IMG/VR virus record: IMGVR_UViG_3300028805_000037
Coordinates: 236,446 to 300,445 of that record
Origin: a virus
Taxonomy: Duplodnaviria > Caudoviricetes
Length of the DNA stretch: 64,000 bases
Strand: one strand, 5' to 3'
Made by a program: the position numbers and the translations under genes. The notes under the pieces are model-generated. The model was not told the DNA's origin and did not search any database. It saw nothing but the letters and a program-made list of their open reading frames with translations. Positions within the stretch are counted from its first letter, which is position 1; each line of letters begins with the position of its first letter. Shown here one piece after another: positions 59,765 through 64,000 of this stretch.

Positions 59765-60022
59765 ATGTCAAGATGGCTAATAGCTAAAGAGAAACAATTA
59801 TCTGATATAGAAACAAAAAAACCTACTCCGAAAGATTTGTTTACAAAACCAGCAAGTACAATTGTTAAAGTTTTATTGCAGATGACAAAAGGTAATGTAG
59901 GTAAAGCTATACAGAAAATTACTTTCTATATTAATCGTGCAGGTGAAAATTTATCCAATAAAACTGAAGTTTTAAAAGCAAAAGAAATACTAAAGAAAAA
60001 ATTGGAGAAAGAAAAAGATTAG
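59765..60022 (+). CDS. DUF3175-like protein with leader-like N-terminus
   Basis: PKDLFTKPASTI...AIQKITFYINRAGENL; MSRWLIAKEKQLSD. Confidence 0.6.
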   Translation: MSRWLIAKEKQLSDIETKKPTPKDLFTKPASTIVKVLLQMTKGNVGKAIQKITFYINRAGENLSNKTEVLKAKEILKKKLEKEKD

Positions 60023-60029
60023 AGGTATT

Positions 60030-60218
60030 ATGAAATATACTGTTGAGATTTTTAAAGTTAATAATAAATATGTAGCTAAATGTACAGAATTAAATATTGA
60101 AGTTCTCGGAGATACAGAAGCTGGTGTGAAACAGAATTTTGTACAGGAATTAATTTTATATAGTAAAAAGAATAATACTTTCATCGATTTTGTTTGGGAA
60201 TATAATATTGACAAATAA
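60030..60218 (+). CDS. Orphan HicB-like antitoxin domain
   Basis: YTVEI.....YVAKCTELNIEVLGDT...V..N..EL.LY. Confidence 0.55.
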   Translation: MKYTVEIFKVNNKYVAKCTELNIEVLGDTEAGVKQNFVQELILYSKKNNTFIDFVWEYNIDK

Positions 60219-60236
60219 AATAAAAAATATTATAAT
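60208..60236 (+). promoter_or_regulatory. Consensus sigma70 promoter
   Basis: TTGACA-17 bp-TATAAT. Confidence 0.8.
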
Positions 60237-60275
60237 AATTATGTTGTTAAATTTAAAAAGGAGATAGAAACAAAA

Positions 60276-60476
60276 ATGTATCAAGGAAAAATTAAGTGGT
60301 TTAATGGTGCAAAGGGGTATGGATTTATTACGGGAAATGATAGTAATGATTATTTTCTTCATTTTTCTGAAATTCAAATGGAGGGTTACAAAACGTTGCA
60401 AGAGGGAGATAACGTAACTTTTGATGTAGAAGATACTGAAAAAGGCAAGAAAGCTATAAAAGTACATAAAATATAA
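60276..60476 (+). CDS. csp: Cold-shock domain protein
   Basis: GKIKWFN..KGYGFI, YFLHFS, GYKTL.EG. Confidence 0.95.
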   Translation: MYQGKIKWFNGAKGYGFITGNDSNDYFLHFSEIQMEGYKTLQEGDNVTFDVEDTEKGKKAIKVHKI

Positions 60477-60492
60477 TTTCTTTATTTTTCAT

Positions 60493-60530
60493 AGAGACGT
60501 CATATTTATATGTGACGCCTCTTTTTTTTT
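60493..60530 (+). terminator. Intrinsic terminator
   Basis: AGAGACGTCAT / GTGACGCCTCT plus long T run. Confidence 0.75.
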
Positions 60531-60533
60531 ACT

Positions 60534-61589
60534 ATGAAAACATTAACTAAATATATTAAAAATAATAAATTTAATTATATATTTATTAAGAAAAATTACT
60601 TAACTCAAGAAGTTAATAATGTACTTAATAAATATAATTTAACTTTACAAGAATTGTGTTATAGAATTAAAAACAATATTCCTTTAGATGAGGTATTTAA
60701 ATGTAATTATTGTGGTAAGAAAATAGTATTACGCAAAAAAGATAAATATTATAAAAAATTTTGTAATTGTACTTGTGCCAATTCTTATAGAAACAAATCA
60801 CAAGAGTTTAAAAATAAGAGAAAACAGACTTGGTTAAATAAATATGGTGTAGATTTTCCTGTGAAATTACAAACAACACAAGACAAACGTAAACGAACTT
60901 GTATGGAAAAATATGGAGTAAATAGTCCTGTTAAATCTAAAGAAGTACATAATAAAATAGAAGCCACTTGTTTAAAAAAATATGGTGTTAAGCATTATGC
61001 GCAAACAAAAGAGTATCGAAATTTTGTAAAAGCAAATCATAATAAATTAGTAGAGAAAGCTAAAGTTACATGTCTGAAGAAATATGGAGTAGAGCATTAT
61101 TCTAAAACACAAGAATATAAAGATAAAATGAAACATTATAATACTGTTATTCAACAAAAGATTTATGATACTAAAAAAGTAAATAATTCATTTACTAAAT
61201 CAAAACAAGAAGAGAAAGTTTATAAGCTTTTACTGACTAAATTTACTAAAGAAGATATCGAACGTCAATATAAGTCAAAATTATACCCTTTCAATTGTGA
61301 TTTTTATATTAAAAGTATAGACTTATATATTGAGTATAATGGAAATTGGACGCATGGTCCTGAATTATTTAATATAGATAATGTAGAGCATCTCAAATTA
61401 CTGAATTATTGGAAAAATAAAATAAACGAATTAAATTTTAAAGGTAAGAAAAAGGATTATTTTAAGATAGCTATTTACGTATGGACAGATTTAGATGTTA
61501 GAAAGTTAAAAGCTTTTAAAGATAATAATTTAAATTACAAGATTTTTTGGAATATTAAAGAAGTTGAAGATTGGATAAGTAAAATATAA
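60534..61589 (+). CDS. Free-standing PD-(D/E)XK/Vsr-like endonuclease (paralog of 26139), no RNA leader
   Basis: Four KYGV repeats; YPFNCDFYIKSIDLYIEYNGNWTH. Confidence 0.75.
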   Translation: MKTLTKYIKNNKFNYIFIKKNYLTQEVNNVLNKYNLTLQELCYRIKNNIPLDEVFKCNYCGKKIVLRKKDKYYKKFCNCTCANSYRNKSQEFKNKRKQTWLNKYGVDFPVKLQTTQDKRKRTCMEKYGVNSPVKSKEVHNKIEATCLKKYGVKHYAQTKEYRNFVKANHNKLVEKAKVTCLKKYGVEHYSKTQEYKDKMKHYNTVIQQKIYDTKKVNNSFTKSKQEEKVYKLLLTKFTKEDIERQYKSKLYPFNCDFYIKSIDLYIEYNGNWTHGPELFNIDNVEHLKLLNYWKNKINELNFKGKKKDYFKIAIYVWTDLDVRKLKAFKDNNLNYKIFWNIKEVEDWISKI

Positions 61590-61614
61590 TCTCCCATAAT
61601 ATTTGTTTGCTTTT

Positions 61615-61646
61615 ATCCGTGAGTATCAATACTCACGGATTTTTTT
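61615..61646 (+). terminator. Intrinsic terminator
   Basis: ATCCGTGAGTA / TACTCACGGAT plus T run. Confidence 0.8.
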
Positions 61647-61647
61647 A

Positions 61648-61676
61648 TTGACATTTAATTTTAAATATTATATAAT
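61648..61676 (+). promoter_or_regulatory. Consensus sigma70 promoter
   Basis: TTGACA-17 bp-TATAAT. Confidence 0.8.
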
Positions 61677-61703
61677 ACTTCCAAATTATTTTCGGAGGTC
61701 GTA

Positions 61704-62063
61704 ATGATATCCAAACAAAAGTTCAAACATTATATTGAATTCCTAAAAAATTATGAATCTAAACTTGAAAAAGCAAATAGTGCACTTCAAAGTATTAGTA
61801 CAGAGTTTACAGGTATTTATGGGATAGCTTCTCCGTTAATAGATCAGTATATGAATGTATTAACTGATTTAATAGGACTAACTAAAATAGATCCAGATTT
61901 ATTATGGTGGTGGTGTTACGAACAAGATTTTGGTAGAGATACTTGTGAAGCTTGGTTTCAAAAGAAAAAATATTATTTAAATACTCCAGAAAAACTTTAC
62001 GATTATATAATATTATTGTTAGAAAAACCTAAAGGGAAAAAAGGAGAAAAAAATGGAAAATAA
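61704..62063 (+). CDS. Hypothetical phage protein
   Basis: WWWCYEQDFG...TPEKLYD; GGAGG SD. Confidence 0.7.
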   Translation: MISKQKFKHYIEFLKNYESKLEKANSALQSISTEFTGIYGIASPLIDQYMNVLTDLIGLTKIDPDLLWWWCYEQDFGRDTCEAWFQKKKYYLNTPEKLYDYIILLLEKPKGKKGEKNGK

Positions 62064-62844
62064 ATTAGTTAATGCTTATAGAAAAGGATATAATAAAGAC
62101 TACTTAAGTTTTGATGCATTAGATAGTAACGAAGAAAGATTAAGTTTTATAAGAGGATTAATTGAGTCCACTGGGATGTATACAGACGGACATTTAGTTT
62201 TATCTGGTAATTTCACAGATACTTTAGTAGACTATTTAATTGACTTAACATTTAAACCAATGCCTGTAAGACCTACAGACGGTTATTCGTATTTACAATT
62301 AAGTGGAGACCGTGCAAAAGACTTTTTAGGAATAATATATAATAACTTTGAAGAAAACTATACACTTGCAAAAGACACAAGAGCTTTTATTAAAGGGAAT
62401 GTTTTTAATAACAAACCACCTTTACAATTTTATTTAGAAGATAAAGATGCAGTAATCCCTTCAAAAGCGTATTTATCTGATACAGGTTATGATTTAACGG
62501 TTATAAAAAAAGTAAAAGATATTGGAGATAAAACTGCGTTATATGATACAGGTGTTGTTGTAGTTCCTCCAGATGGATATTATACAAGAGTTGTAGGAAG
62601 AAGTTCAATATCAAAAACTGGATATACATTAGCTAATTGTGAAGGTATAATCGATAACGCATATAGAGGAACAATAAAAATTGCTTTACATAAATATGAT
62701 GATACGAAACCAGATATAGAATGCCCGCATAAAATTGCACAGTTAATTATAGAAAAAAGATATGACTTGCCTGTAGAGATAATACAAGAAAAACCATTAT
62801 CTGTAAGAGGAGATGGTGGGTTCGGGAGTACGAATAAAAAGTAA
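62053..62844 (+). CDS. dut: Trimeric dUTPase with N-terminal degenerate LAGLIDADG-like domain
   Basis: DTGYDL, GRSS, GIIDNAYRG, AQLI, RGDGGFGST; N-terminal SFIRGLIESTG. Confidence 0.85.
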   Translation: MENKLVNAYRKGYNKDYLSFDALDSNEERLSFIRGLIESTGMYTDGHLVLSGNFTDTLVDYLIDLTFKPMPVRPTDGYSYLQLSGDRAKDFLGIIYNNFEENYTLAKDTRAFIKGNVFNNKPPLQFYLEDKDAVIPSKAYLSDTGYDLTVIKKVKDIGDKTALYDTGVVVVPPDGYYTRVVGRSSISKTGYTLANCEGIIDNAYRGTIKIALHKYDDTKPDIECPHKIAQLIIEKRYDLPVEIIQEKPLSVRGDGGFGSTNKK

Positions 62845-62855
62845 GGAGAAATAAA

Positions 62856-63602
62856 ATGAAAGTAACTTTAATCGGTAAAACAAACACAGATATATTAAGT
62901 TATACTGAATTCTTAGCATGTATAGCTAGACGCTGTTACAGTATTAAACCTTTTAGTCATATTAAAGATACTGTAATACCTAATAGTGCTGAACCTAAAA
63001 ATAACCAAATAGATGCAAATAAACTTGTTAAAAAAATAATTGAATCAGGGCATCATTCTATACTAGAACATATCTCATTAACATTTTCTATTGAAGATGT
63101 TCCAGTATATTTAGTATCACAACTAACAAGACATAGAATGGCTTCGTTTTCCGTTACAAGTTTTAGATATAATAATTTAACAAAGAAGGATGGTTCTATA
63201 AGTCCTTTATGGGATGTTCCGTTTGAAAGTTTAACTCATGAACAAGAAGCTGAGTTTAATAAAGCTGCACTTAGATCTTTTGCAACTTATGATCAATTAA
63301 TAGAACAAGGTGTTAAACCAGAAGTAGCTAGAGGTATATTACCACAAAGTATGATGACAAATTTAATAATGACAATGAATGTTAGAGAGTTATTTCATTT
63401 TATTGATTTAAGAAATTGTTTAAGGGCTGATAAACCTATCAGAGAATTAGCTAAAGAAATTTTAAAAATATGTGAAACTCTAGACTCTTATTTATTTAGT
63501 TTTGCAAAACATGATTGTATTAGTTGCAGTAAATTTACAACGTGTGATGTAGTAAGAAAAACACCAACTTGTAAATATAATATGGTGGAGGAAAAGAAAT
63601 GA
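62856..63602 (+). CDS. thyX: Flavin-dependent thymidylate synthase, copy 2
   Basis: GHHSILEH, RHRMASFSVTSFRY, ARGILP, NVRELFHFIDLR. Confidence 0.9.
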   Translation: MKVTLIGKTNTDILSYTEFLACIARRCYSIKPFSHIKDTVIPNSAEPKNNQIDANKLVKKIIESGHHSILEHISLTFSIEDVPVYLVSQLTRHRMASFSVTSFRYNNLTKKDGSISPLWDVPFESLTHEQEAEFNKAALRSFATYDQLIEQGVKPEVARGILPQSMMTNLIMTMNVRELFHFIDLRNCLRADKPIRELAKEILKICETLDSYLFSFAKHDCISCSKFTTCDVVRKTPTCKYNMVEEKK

Positions 63603-63865
63603 ATAGATTCTTTGGAATGATGCCAAGCAAGGAAGTAGAAAAAGAAAAATGGTATGAAGATGATTTAGGACTTTCAATAGGTATTCAAGCAGGTCCACAC
63701 GGATGGACAATTATGTGGGCAGACACTAGTGCAACGTGGAAAGATAACGATGCAACTACGGAAGAAAATTTTGAAGATGCTTTAAAAACATTGAAATCAT
63801 ATCCTGGATTTGATACTGTAAAAGAAAAAGGTAGTGAAAAAAGCGAAATAGCAATGGAGGAATAA
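63599..63865 (+). CDS. Hypothetical protein
   Basis: ORF track; GGAGG SD. Confidence 0.65.
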   Translation: MNRFFGMMPSKEVEKEKWYEDDLGLSIGIQAGPHGWTIMWADTSATWKDNDATTEENFEDALKTLKSYPGFDTVKEKGSEKSEIAMEE

Positions 63866-63866
63866 T

Positions 63867-64000
63867 ATGTGTGACGATTTAAAATGTAATGCAAATAATC
63901 TTGATCTTGTTAAAGGTGAAGATGTTATAATCAAAGAGAACTTAATTTGGAAAATAAAACGTATGGCAGGTATGTATATAAGAGAAGCAAATTATACCAC
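63867..64000 (+). CDS. Hypothetical protein (3' truncated)
   Basis: GGAGG SD, ATG 63867, open to the window end. Confidence 0.5.
   Translation, partial: MCDDLKCNANNLDLVKGEDVIIKENLIWKIKRMAGMYIREANYT

Noticed and set aside
193-63894. All minus-strand ORFs in the track and the nested + ORF 42201..42404
   Set aside because: Short shadows of AT-rich + strand genes with no recognisable motifs
1-64000. CRISPR array, tRNA or rRNA genes
   Set aside because: No regularly spaced repeat-spacer series and no cloverleaf/T-loop signatures seen in the intergenic gaps

Overview
This window is a 64-kb segment of a very AT-rich, large tailed-phage genome. Essentially all real genes are on the + strand and the standard code is used (TAG is a true stop). 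From left to right it contains: (1) a nucleotide/DNA-modification cluster: DnaQ-like exonuclease end, dNMP kinase, GT-B glycosyltransferase, UDP-galactopyranose mutase fused to a GT-A domain, dCMP deaminase and a T4 gp42-type dCMP hydroxymethylase; (2) an RNA-repair cluster with two RNA ligases and a phosphoesterase, plus ThyX; (3) a head module (prohead protease polyprotein, scaffold, decoration protein, major capsid, neck, portal), interrupted by an IS605-type TnpB element and three Hef/PD-(D/E)XK-like free-standing nucleases; (4) an island of small sigma70-driven genes; (5) about 24 kb of tail-fibre/receptor-binding cassettes; (6) HicB-like, cold-shock, a fourth nuclease, a LAGLIDADG-dUTPase fusion and a second ThyX. 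The most notable signals are: a ~120-nt multi-pseudoknotted RNA with compensatory changes, present in three copies, each between a late-promoter-like motif and a nuclease ORF; a family of head-associated proteins sharing a basic N-terminal leader ending in K-x-x-A/S, which also delimits modules inside the protease; a probable furanose-sugar cytosine hypermodification pathway; and a 15-bp palindromic late-promoter-like motif, several copies of which sit in the loop of RBS-sequestering hairpins. All assignments come from reading motifs by eye; no searches were run.
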